Origin: a virus
Taxonomy: Duplodnaviria; Heunggongvirae; Uroviricota; Caudoviricetes
Strand: one strand, 5' to 3'
Length of the DNA: 50,304 bases
IMG/VR virus record: IMGVR_UViG_3300024999_000035
Location: 128,001-178,304 of that record
Shown here: positions 16,700-26,898 of the stretch, piece by piece
Layout of the letters: every line of letters starts with the position of its first letter
How positions within the stretch are numbered: the stretch's first letter is position 1
Made by a program: the position numbers and the translations under genes
Notes under the pieces: generated by a model
What the model was told of the DNA's origin: nothing
Seen by the model: the letters and a program-made list of their open reading frames with translations, nothing else
Database searches by the model: none

Positions 16700-18700
16700 T
16701 ATAGAGGGTTATGTCTAGTAGGGTTTTAAGGTATTTGGAGGTTTATTTTAGATTTTCTGAATTATTGTTTCCTATTATAAAGGGTTGAATTTAGTACATT
16801 CAGAATGAAGGTTAATAAGGTTATTATGTTGTGTTTATAGGCCCTAGAAGGGTGTTTTAAGACGTTTGGAGTTAATAGAGATATAATGTTAAGGATAAAA
16901 ATAGGATGGTGAAATAGAAGCAATAGATCGAATGGAATGGAAATAGTGAGATAAGAGCAAAGGATAAATAGAATGGATAGTAATAGCAGATATAAGCAGA
17001 GTTAACCGGATTGCAGTATATTATGCTTATTATGCTGTATTTGCTAGAGTTGGTTGTATTACTGTATGCTATGCAATATGTATGCCAATGTAAAATATGA
17101 GTTGATAAGAGACATAGAAGCAAGAAATAAAATATTGTACGAGAGCGACAGAAAGGGGATTTTAAGCGGTTTGATGATTTGAGGGTTATATTAGTATGTA
17201 GAATTTTATTTTGTGCTTTAGACTAAAATTTTTATACACGGTATCGGGTGTATCGTGATTTTAGGGTATTTGGCATTGGAATTGATTGGAATTATTTTAA
17301 GATGATTTGGTATTTGGGTTTAGTCAAGTAATTTTACTTTACAGATAAGTGTATTAGTACAGGTTAAAATATTGTTAGACTGTATTAGTATAGTATGAAT
17401 TGTAGTATAACAGGTTAGATTTATTTGTTTCTGTACTAATCTGTATGTGTATTAATACAGATTGTATATTTATAAGTGTGTGCTATTATTGTTTTGTTGT
17501 ACTAGTACAGTTGGTGTTTGTTGATGATGTATATTATAACACTTCAACGATTTAGCCTATGTTATAACCCTCGATTTTTATACGTATAAACGTATATACT
17601 CATAAACGTATATAATAAGCATCATTGGCGCATTACGATTATCCCATTTTCTCCCGATCAAATCTATTCGACAAATCATTACCGAGTGCAACCGATGTAA
17701 GACCAGGATATTATCTGTTTTCTATTCTCTTCTTTCCATTATCATTCCCTTTCAATTTACTGCTCTAAAATGACCCTTCTAACCTCTCCAAACATCCCGA
17801 CCCATACAATTCTACCCTCATTTTATCCCCAATGTTACACAAGCATCTTTAGTAACATTCAGAAAATAGTAAAAACCCTTGATTCATGCGGGTTGTAGGG
17901 TTCGCATCATATTCGGCCCATACTATTTTCAGTTTGTCATAGGTAAAGCTGATAGCAAAAACCTGTGCTAATATTCACTTTCAAAAACAATGCCAACTTT
18001 AGCATAGGTGGGGGGCATAGATTACAAATTATTATTCGACATGGTTCGACATTATGTGCAGAGTACTTGTAATTCCATCGAAATTTTAAAAATCGATTTC
18101 GAGACAAAATTTGTAAACTAATTCCAATTTCCCCCTTCGTTCTCACATCGCAAAAACATAATCAACACAACAATTTCCAACCCAATAAATCCATTTTCCA
18201 AATCACAAAACTTCCCAAAAGTCAAATAATTTTACAAATTAATCTCATAAAATCATATAAAATTCTCACATAATTTAATACAATTCAACAATGCAAAATA
18301 CCATATAATCCTACTCTCACAACATTTCTCTAGCATAAATATAAACCAAATCCCTATCTTATGATCTATAAATTTATATCCAATTCTAAAATCATAAATC
18401 AATTTCTCATGAATCCTATCGAACAAAATTATCACACCCAAATTCACAATTATACATCCAAAATTAATCACAAATTACTAACCAATCTAATCCAATAAAT
18501 AACCTTCAGGCCCTTAATTATAACCAATTATATTACATTCTAATTATCCCTTCTACTATAGAGGGCGTATACTTTACAACTAACACCGAATCAATTATAT
18601 CATACATACGACCATCTAAAAATTAGTAAGAATATTTTTCTATGTAATCTTAGAGTTCAAAATAAAATACTAAAATAATATTTGTAATTCATTTATAAAT
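16700..18700. other. 2-kb non-coding divergence region with strand-composition switch and palindromic boxes
   Basis: G/T-rich left of ~17.58 kb and C/A-rich right of it; TTTATACGTATAAA palindrome at 17577-17590; TGTAnTAnTACA-like boxes at 17350-17541. Confidence 0.7.
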
Positions 18701-18755
18701 ATGCTACAATTATCACAGGTATAAATCTGTACAAAAATATTTACCTAGAAAGGAG

Positions 18756-19016
18756 ATGAAAATCATAATAGTAAAAAACCACACAGCAAAGTTTAATGAT
18801 AATAATTGCAAAAATGTTATTCATAATCTCAATCAAGGAATAGCCATCACAGATGCATTTACACAAGAAATAAAAAATAATAAACACAATCCAAGTAAAA
18901 TAAATTCAATAGAATATCGTAATGATAAATATTATTGGATATTTAAACTATTGGAAATTGAACAAACATCCACCCATAAATACAATACATACGATCCAGT
19001 TACAACTGGTTGTTGA
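18756..19016 (+). CDS. Hypothetical protein (86 aa)
   Basis: First rightward ORF; TGCTACAAT -10 upstream; the SD abuts the ATG, so the start is uncertain. Confidence 0.5.
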   Translation: MKIIIVKNHTAKFNDNNCKNVIHNLNQGIAITDAFTQEIKNNKHNPSKINSIEYRNDKYYWIFKLLEIEQTSTHKYNTYDPVTTGC

Positions 19017-19209
19017 ATCGGCATTGAGAATAGAGCAATCAATAATCTTACAAATCCGATGCGTAAGGATGCCGTATAAAGTCGTGTGAGAGACATAAAA
19101 ACATATACCATTTGCATTGTGGTGTATTGCGTATGCAGTACATGTAAAAGCCACAGTTTGGGTAATTAGTTATGTTTTCCTTATTATTTGCTTAATGTAA
19201 ATAAATAAG

Positions 19210-20478
19210 GTGTATGTATTGAATTTAGTATTTAATGAGTATTTGGGATTTTTAAAAGATAAAAGTGTAGATATTGAGAAGTATAATTTAGTTGAAGGAT
19301 TTTATTGGTTAGATAGATCAATTATTAAATGTTATGATGTTGAAGGTAAAATCCATAAAGTGTTAAGAATTCACATTGATAATGAATTAAATATTACTGT
19401 AACAGATTATAAGAATGAAACTTATGAAATTGAATCTTGGGAAGGAACAATAGAGAGAAACAAGGATAGACTGGAGGAATTAGAAAGCGAGAGTATTAAT
19501 TTGATTAGAAGTAGTATTGAAAAGTATGAGGACTATAGTCCAATTACACTAACATCTACAGGAAAGGATAGTCAAGTAACCTCTTATTTGGTTGATAAAG
19601 TTACAAACTCTAGAAAAATATTTAATAATACTTCATTGGACTCTGCTGATACATATAAATTTGTTAAGACAATGAATGATGTAGAAATAATCAATCCAAA
19701 GGAAGGATTTTATCAATGGAGGAAAAGAATTCAATTTATCCCAACAAGGTTGAGTAGAGCATGTTGTACATTGCTGAAAGAAAAATCCACTATGGATTAT
19801 CTAGAAAAAGATATAAAGTATTTATTCTTCTTGGGAATGAGAAATGAAGAATCAACTAGTCGTTCTGGATATACAGATGAATGGAAAAATGAAAAATGGG
19901 GTAATCGTAAATGGGAAGGTATACTTCCTATCCGCAAATGGAATGAAGAACAAATATGGTTATATACATTATGGAAACAAATTGATATTAATGCTAAATA
20001 TAAAAAAGGTTATTCTAGGGTTGGATGTGCTATAGCTTGCCCTAATTATACTAAAACAACTTGGATACTAGATAAATATTGGTATCCTAACATGTATAAG
20101 AGATGGCATGATATATTAAACAATGACTTCATTGACAATCAAAAATGAAATAAATTAAATTGTACAATAAAAGAATATCACCTATGTTGGAATGGAGGGT
20201 TATTAAGACCAGAACCAACTTTGGAAGTTATTAATGAGTTTGCAGAACATAAGGGAGTTAATATTGATATAGTAGAAAAATACTTCAATCATAAATGCAA
20301 AATATGTGATAAAAAGGTAAACAAAAATGACGATATAGCAATGAATTTAAAATTGCTAGGTAGAAATATTGAAGAGTATTTCTGCAAAAAACATCTTATG
20401 GAATTTTTAGAAATTGATAAAAATCAGTGGAATAAATACATGAAAGATTTTAAGATGGATGGATGTAGTTTATTCTAA
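19210..20478 (+). pseudogene. PAPS-reductase-family (DndC/CysH-like) protein interrupted by an in-frame TGA at 20146-20148
   Basis: STGKDS, RACCTLLKE, GMRNEES..R and YSRVGC..CP motifs; the frame stays open after the TGA and runs into ORF 20221..20478 (C-terminal Cys-rich part). Confidence 0.8.
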
Positions 20479-20575
20479 TCAAATAAATAAATATTATACA
20501 CTTATTGCATTAATAAAGTAATAAGTGTATAATATAATCAAGAATCAATACTTAACAGAAAGAGGTTATACATAA

Positions 20576-20800
20576 ATGGAAGAATATATTGATGGAATTA
20601 TGGTTCGTACAATTAACAATGAAAAGTATTCTGATTTTAGTGTTTGGTTAAAAGTTAATGGTTATAAGACCAAAGAAGATATATATGAAGATTCTATTAT
20701 TAATGGAATGTCTGAGGAAGATGTAGAGGACAGTATAACTAAATTAGAAGATGAATTTTTAGATTGGTGTACGGAAAATGATATTAATGGAGAAATTTAA
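20576..20800 (+). CDS. Small acidic protein (74 aa)
   Basis: AGAGGT SD; promoter TTGCAT-N17-TATAAT (20505-20533). Confidence 0.75.
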   Translation: MEEYIDGIMVRTINNEKYSDFSVWLKVNGYKTKEDIYEDSIINGMSEEDVEDSITKLEDEFLDWCTENDINGEI

Positions 20801-20818
20801 TTAGTGTATCATTATGCT

Positions 20819-20914
20819 ATGATTGTTTATCTATCTAAAGCATTTGAGATAACAAGAAAAGATTTAAAACAAATGGTTAAAGATTTTAAAATGCAGGGAT
20901 GTGATTTATTTTGA
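20819..20914 (+). pseudogene. Remnant second copy of the PAPS-reductase-family 3' end
   Basis: Translates to ...MVKDFKMQGCDLF*, versus ...YMKDFKMDGCSLF* ending at 20478. Confidence 0.7.
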
Positions 20915-21059
20915 TAAAATTAAAAGAAGAGTTCCATAATTATTGTGCAAATAAATGCCCTTTAAATAAAAATAATAAATGCGAAATAATTGATTTACCT
21001 TGCCCAGTAATTTCATATATAAAATATCTTAAAAATATCTCATAAGAACAAATACTTTA

Positions 21060-21101
21060 TTACAAGAAGACAATTTGGCATTTGTAATTGTCTTCTTGTA
21101 A
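21060..21101. terminator. Long hairpin, terminator-like
   Basis: TTACAAGAAGACAATT / AATTGTCTTCTTGTAA. Confidence 0.55.
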
Positions 21102-21160
21102 TAATAATTAATAATTTTAAGATGTCAATAAATAATCAGTATCTAGAAAGGAGTAACCAA

Positions 21161-21292
21161 ATGAATAATGAAATATACTACACTACAGGTTATATACTAA
21201 TAATAATCTTTGCAATAATTATGCTTATAACAATTCCAATTAGTGAATTCTTACTTAGAAAATTAAATGAAAATAAGAAACGTAAAGATTAG
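21161..21292 (+). CDS. Small single-TM membrane peptide (43 aa)
   Basis: Read by hand; GAAAGGAG SD; hydrophobic helix followed by a basic tail. Confidence 0.7.
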   Translation: MNNEIYYTTGYILIIIFAIIMLITIPISEFLLRKLNENKKRKD

Positions 21293-21331
21293 TATAAATT
21301 AATTTTTACAAATATATAAATAAAAAATATG

Positions 21332-21360
21332 TTGACATGATTTATACAGTATGGTATAAT
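21332..21360 (+). promoter_or_regulatory. SigA promoter
   Basis: TTGACA-N17-TATAAT with TG extension. Confidence 0.85.
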
Positions 21361-21600
21361 TATTAAGTGGGGATAAATATGAAATTAATCAAGAAGGGAG
21401 GAATTTTATTGATAATTCTATTACATATACAAATTAATATTATTGCTACTGGTTTTACATAAGTAAGTATAAAAATAAAATTATTATTCTGCATAGCATA
21501 AAATATTAATTGAGATGAACTTGTGAAGAACAATTAATATTTTCGTTCCTTTATCCAATAAATCAAATTATAAATATCAAATAAATTGGAGGACTTAAAA

Positions 21601-21828
21601 ATGAATTTGAATGTGAATACTCCAAATAATAATTCAAATAATAATCCAAATAATAATCCAAATAATAATCCATATTACTTTTGCTACAGTATTAATCTTT
21701 TACGTTTCATTAGAGATAATAATATAGAAAACATAGCAAAAGGAATAAATCCAAAAACAAATAGAACTTATTGGATGTTTCTAAGAAATAATAAACTAGA
21801 TACAATACTAAATCAATGGAGTAAATAA
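21601..21828 (+). CDS. DUF5659-like small protein with NNNP repeats
   Basis: GGAGG SD; YYFCYS..L..F......G.NP.T...YW.F pattern; 12-bp tandem AATAATAATCCA. Confidence 0.7.
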   Translation: MNLNVNTPNNNSNNNPNNNPNNNPYYFCYSINLLRFIRDNNIENIAKGINPKTNRTYWMFLRNNKLDTILNQWSK

Positions 21829-21862
21829 ATGACTACATAATAAGGAAGGAATTAAGTAAAAT

Positions 21863-22908
21863 ATGAATAAAGTAGAATCTCTAAAGGACTTGTCTCAATT
21901 CTATAACTCAACTGATTCCAGATACATATATTTTGATAAAACATTTGATATAAGGGGGGTATAGACTATACTAGATTTATTAAGTTACAATATCAATCTA
22001 TAAATGAGTCTCATATCAAAGATAAATATACTATAGATGGATGGTACATTCTATGGTATCTAATGTCTATAGCAATAAAGAGTGAATATGTTTCTACTAC
22101 AGTAAATTCAATTGCAGAGGAAACAAATTTAAAACCTAATAAAATTAAAGATGCTATCGGCAAACTAATATTTCATAAGGTAATTATTATTGATAAAGAT
22201 ATTATTACACTAAATAACAATGAGTTAATTAAATTCTATATAGGATATAATAATAAATTAATTGATCATATTGACAAAAATGGATATTCTCCTATTCCTA
22301 GTGAATTTGTGCATAAAATAATAACAACATTGTCACCTACAGAATGGGCTATCTATTGTGTAATATTAACTAAATACAATTATTATCTTGCATGGGAGAA
22401 AGTAAATTATTCAACTGGCGAAGTTATTCCTCTATATTATAGAACTCATTATGCATTTCCAGATAGAGAAGAAATATCTAAATACATAGGATTATATGAT
22501 GATACAATAAGTAAATTTGCTAAGAAATTATCCAATGGAAAATACAATCTAATTAAAATGTATAAGTCAAAACCAATAACTTATATTGATGAAGATGACC
22601 ATCAAAGAAAATTTAAAGGAGGAAACAATAGATATGAAATAAAATTATATGAAAGACCAGAATATATTTATTATTATCTAAATCCTATTTTTACAAAAGA
22701 TGAGCAAAAAGATTTTGATTATATAAAATCTAAAGGATTTGAAAAATTAGCTTTTTCAAATGAAAGTGACAAAATAGAAGGAAAGAAAATGTTCTATATA
22801 AAGTATTATTATGAGGACACAATAAAACAATATGAAAAATGTTTAAAGGAGGAAGACCTAAAACTATATGAATACATAAGAGAAAATAATATGATAAAAA
22901 TAAATTAA
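21863..22908 (+). CDS. Rep-initiator-like HTH protein split by a frameshift at a G6 tract (21954-21959)
   Basis: ATG 21863 with SD stops at 21964; the -1 frame is open from 21949 into ORF 22063..22908; has LSPTEWAIYC and AFPDREEISKYIG wHTH motifs. Confidence 0.7.
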
Positions 22909-22947
22909 AATATGAATTTCGCAAAACATATTTTTAACCCTAAAAAT

Positions 22948-23205
22948 TGTAGAATTTAATCTTTAATGATTTTGTAGAATTATATCTCTAATAACAATGT
23001 AGAATTAACTATCTAATTAGATGCCTATAAAAATGACAAAAAGGCTCAAAATTTAGGCATACGTAATGCCACCCTAATGATCACTTTTGTTCATTTCTTA
23101 GGCATACATGAAAACCTATATATGAGATTATGGGGGTATATTATAACATTTTAAACCCTGTAACACTAGTGGATACTATAATCTATCGTATGCCTATAAA
23201 AACGT
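22948..23205. repeat. Iteron-like repeats
   Basis: TGTAGAATT x3 at ~25-bp spacing (22948-23006); (GT)ATGCCTA/TAGGCATAC x4 in both orientations (23021-23196). Confidence 0.65.
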
Positions 23206-23337
23206 CCAAAGTGGTCATTAGGGTCTGGGTGTTAGAAATCTATATGTTTGTAAAATGGCTGAAACGCATATAGATATAAAAGGGAGTTAATAAATAAAAC
23301 AAAATTTAGAATAAGAAAGAGAAGGAGTTAAGTAAAT

Positions 23338-24654
23338 ATGATTAAATTAAATAAATTGGTTGGAGTATATAAAATAACTAATAAAGAAAATTATAGTGTT
23401 TATATTGGTGAAAGTTTAGACATAGATAATCGTTGGAAAGAACATATTAGGTCATTGAATTCCAATTCTCATCATTGTTATAAATTGCAAGAAGATTGGA
23501 ATGAGTTTGGTGAAGAGTATTTTGTATTTGAAATATTAGAAGAAATTAAACCTCTAGATACTAAAGAAAAAACAATTATGGAATTGCTTTGTATAGAAGG
23601 TAAATATATAGATGAATATGATTCTATAAATAATGGATATAATGTTGAAAATACTATAGAAGAAGTGATTAGTGGTAGGAAAACAGTAATAAAACAAGAT
23701 AAAAAACTAATAATAAGTGAAAGTTTTGTTAAATTACAAAATAATATATATGACAATCCAAATATTTCGAATGAAGAAATCACAGTATTAGTTTTATTAT
23801 TGAGAAATTATATAATAAGTAAATCTTCTACAATATGCTCCATAGATATGATTGCACAATTTATGAAAATAGAAACATCAAGAAATAGAAAAATAATTGG
23901 AACAATAAAAGAAGCAATAACTGGACTAGTTGAGAAAGGATATATCACAAAATTATATGATATACATTGTAATGAAATTAACGTAAGTAAATTGAATAAA
24001 GATTATATATTTTATGCAGAGTTTCCTGACATTCCAGATAGTGGTTATTTTATTGTTCATGACAAAGACATAAATAAAATATTTAGTCATTTAGAATCAT
24101 TGAACGTTGGTAAATTTAATTTGATTAGATATTTTATAGCGTGTAGAAGAGTATCTAGTAATAAATATAATTTTGGATATTTATCACAAACTAAACTAAA
24201 GGGGTTAGTCACCGATTCAAGATCAATTAGGAAATATAATAATATTCTCCAAGATGAATTAGAATTAATCAGATACAATAATAACTACTTAACAAAAAAT
24301 AATAAATATTGTGTTACATACATAGGTAAATTTGACGATAAAGCAAATTTTAATAGATTAGTAAAAGAAGAAGTTGCTACAAAAGGATTAATATACACAA
24401 ATAAGATCAAATCAAACGAGAGAAGGAGTGTCCAAGCAAAAATAAATAGTATTGAAAAATCAATTGATGATTTTAGCATAGAGGAACTTGAAGCATTATT
24501 GTTGAAAAAGAAAGAATTAGAATATCAACCACAAATTACAATTGAAGAACAAAAAGCATTACAAGAGATAGAAGATTTAAATAGATCACAGATACCTTTA
24601 GATGTTTTGCAAATGATTGAGAATGAATTGAATGAAAGAAATGAGGATGAATAA
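23338..24654 (+). CDS. GIY-YIG endonuclease fused to a Rep-like/wHTH domain
   Basis: GVYKITN....YIGES..I..RW.EH and E..YI..Y......GYN motifs; long C-terminal region. Confidence 0.8.
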   Translation: MIKLNKLVGVYKITNKENYSVYIGESLDIDNRWKEHIRSLNSNSHHCYKLQEDWNEFGEEYFVFEILEEIKPLDTKEKTIMELLCIEGKYIDEYDSINNGYNVENTIEEVISGRKTVIKQDKKLIISESFVKLQNNIYDNPNISNEEITVLVLLLRNYIISKSSTICSIDMIAQFMKIETSRNRKIIGTIKEAITGLVEKGYITKLYDIHCNEINVSKLNKDYIFYAEFPDIPDSGYFIVHDKDINKIFSHLESLNVGKFNLIRYFIACRRVSSNKYNFGYLSQTKLKGLVTDSRSIRKYNNILQDELELIRYNNNYLTKNNKYCVTYIGKFDDKANFNRLVKEEVATKGLIYTNKIKSNERRSVQAKINSIEKSIDDFSIEELEALLLKKKELEYQPQITIEEQKALQEIEDLNRSQIPLDVLQMIENELNERNEDE

Positions 24655-25057
24655 TATGCTATATTATACTAAATTTAATGAAGTAAAAAAGGTATCAGAG
24701 TTTGTTAAAATTATGAAATCTGACGAAGATATTACTTTGGCTGTAGAAACAAAAGATGGAATGTTTGCAATGATACTTAAACCTAAGTCTTGGAGATTTG
24801 ATGATTGCTATAGTGTATCAATGGTTGCTAAAGATAAGAGTAATGCAAATAAAGGACTTACTATGATACATAAGAGTGTTCTTACTACTGATGAGATTAC
24901 AGAGTTACATTGTGAAAAGAGTGGTGCGGATTTTAAAAATATGTTTAATAAAAACATTAAGGAATTGTTTAAGTGTAATGTATATGAGATTGATAAACCA
25001 ATGAATATAATTATGATAAATAATATGGAAAATGAATTTGAAGGAGAAATAAAATAA
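24632..25057 (+). CDS. Hypothetical protein
   Basis: ORF track; operonic; exact start uncertain. Confidence 0.7.
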   Translation: MKEMRMNNMLYYTKFNEVKKVSEFVKIMKSDEDITLAVETKDGMFAMILKPKSWRFDDCYSVSMVAKDKSNANKGLTMIHKSVLTTDEITELHCEKSGADFKNMFNKNIKELFKCNVYEIDKPMNIIMINNMENEFEGEIK

Positions 25058-26893
25058 ATGAAAAAAGCGTATGACCAAAATAATAAACTTGTAGATATCA
25101 TAGAGTCAACATCTAATAATATTTATACATGTCCTGTTTGCCATGAAATTTTAATTAGAAACTTTGGTGCGCAAAAACAATTTTACTCTCATGCTAAAGA
25201 TACTGAATCCAATGTAAGTAATTGCGAAGCAAAAATGAAACTCATAATAAAAGAAGATAAAACAATATTCCAACAATCAGAATCAAATGTATTATCTACA
25301 GAATTTTATAATAAACAATTTGATGATGTAGAAGTAGAAATGTCTGATTATATGTCAGAAGATGGATATTGGTTGACGAAGGAACAGAAGGATATTATCT
25401 TTAGTACAGAGGATAGGGTTAAGGTTAGTGCGTTAACGGGTTCAAGTAAATCAACGACTTTGTATTACTATGCCAAAAGTAGACCATTTAAAAAGATATT
25501 ATATTTAGTGTATAATAAATCTATGCAAATAGAGAGTCAAGAATTATTTAAATCACAGAAAGGAACAGAAATTCGTACAATACATTCACTAGCTTATTTT
25601 TACTGTGGAAAATTCTATAAAGATAAATTAACCTTTAATTATGGAGTAGTTGATATTATAAAAGATTTAAATCTAAATTGGGATAGGGAAATGGAATTAG
25701 CAGTTAAAATTAATGCTATGATGACTGCCTATGTTTTATCGTCTGCTCAAGAATTTGAAGAATTAGAGATATTTAAAGAAGATAAGATGAGAGATAGGAT
25801 ATTATCTTGTTGTACTAGATTATGGGAATTAAAAAAGAAATATAAAAACAGTATCAAAATTTCACACGATGATTATTTGAAGATGTTCCATCTTAGTAAA
25901 ACTGATTTATCGAGTAAATACGACATTATTCTTCTTGATGAGTGTCAAGATTCGTCAATTATGATGTTTGATATACTTAAAAATTCTAATGTAAAGGGCA
26001 TCTGTGTGGTTGGAGACCCTTATCAAAAAATTTATGGTTGGAAAAATGCTGTGAATATCATGCCTATGTTTGATGCAAAAGAATACAAACTCACAACATC
26101 ATTTAGAGTATCTAACAACATTGCTCATATAGAAAATCTTATCATCTCAGACTTCATTGGTGATGATATTAAGATGAAAGGATTTAATACTAAACAAACA
26201 ATTGTGGATCATATAGATAAATCTAAACCATATGCTTGTTTGTGTAGAACCAATGCATACATATTTGCAGAAATAGCTGATGCTTTATATGAAGATAAAA
26301 ATAAGAAACTTTTCTTTGTTGGAGGTTTTTCATCTTATTCCTTCGAGTCATTGAAACAATGTTACTATTTTAGTCAAGGGCATCCTACCAAAAATAAATT
26401 ATTTGCTAAATTTGATAATTTTGAGGCCATGAAAAAATATTCAGAGGAAATTGAGGATATCGAGATATTATCTTTAATAAGAATGGTAGATAAATATGGA
26501 AGTAGAATTATTGATATTGTAGATGGAATAAAAAATAATACTGTAACAGATAAGAGTAAAGCGGATATTATATTTTCGACATGTCACAAGGCGAAAGGTC
26601 TTACTATAGACATTCCTGTTTATATTAGTAATGATCATCTAGATTTAGAAGTTACTTATAGAAATAAATATCTTAAAAAAGAAGAGGATTTTAATGATAA
26701 TGATAAAAAGAAAGCTAAAAAAGATATATCAGAGGAAATTTTTATCATATATGTTGCAATAAGTCGTTGTAAGGACCAAATAGAACTCAGCGATAGTATT
26801 AAAAGATATTTGCTAATGAGATATAAAGACATAGGACACGAATTACATAATGTAATAAATGATATTGATTTAAATAATAAAGAGGAGGAATAG
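25058..26893 (+). CDS. UvrD/Rep-family SF1 helicase with N-terminal zinc finger
   Basis: CPVC..H..C; ALTGSSKST, YLVYNK, TIHSLAY, ILLDECQD, VGDPYQKIYGW, LTTSFR, STCHKAKG, YVAISR. Confidence 0.9.
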   Translation: MKKAYDQNNKLVDIIESTSNNIYTCPVCHEILIRNFGAQKQFYSHAKDTESNVSNCEAKMKLIIKEDKTIFQQSESNVLSTEFYNKQFDDVEVEMSDYMSEDGYWLTKEQKDIIFSTEDRVKVSALTGSSKSTTLYYYAKSRPFKKILYLVYNKSMQIESQELFKSQKGTEIRTIHSLAYFYCGKFYKDKLTFNYGVVDIIKDLNLNWDREMELAVKINAMMTAYVLSSAQEFEELEIFKEDKMRDRILSCCTRLWELKKKYKNSIKISHDDYLKMFHLSKTDLSSKYDIILLDECQDSSIMMFDILKNSNVKGICVVGDPYQKIYGWKNAVNIMPMFDAKEYKLTTSFRVSNNIAHIENLIISDFIGDDIKMKGFNTKQTIVDHIDKSKPYACLCRTNAYIFAEIADALYEDKNKKLFFVGGFSSYSFESLKQCYYFSQGHPTKNKLFAKFDNFEAMKKYSEEIEDIEILSLIRMVDKYGSRIIDIVDGIKNNTVTDKSKADIIFSTCHKAKGLTIDIPVYISNDHLDLEVTYRNKYLKKEEDFNDNDKKKAKKDISEEIFIIYVAISRCKDQIELSDSIKRYLLMRYKDIGHELHNVINDIDLNNKEEE

Positions 26894-26898
26894 AATTA

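Noticed and set aside
16872-18471. ORFs 16872..17123, 17937..18146 and 18253..18471
   Set aside because: No SD; biased low-complexity translations caused by the skewed non-coding region.
19210-20478. Genome-wide TGA recoding (genetic code 4/25)
   Set aside because: Other genes end in TGA normally and Trp is encoded by TGG throughout.
20400-20914. DGR template/variable repeat pair
   Set aside because: Differences are not adenine-specific and no RT is present; better explained as an insertion scar.
21625-21672. AATAATAATCCA tandem as an array
   Set aside because: In-frame microsatellite encoding a low-complexity NNNP linker.
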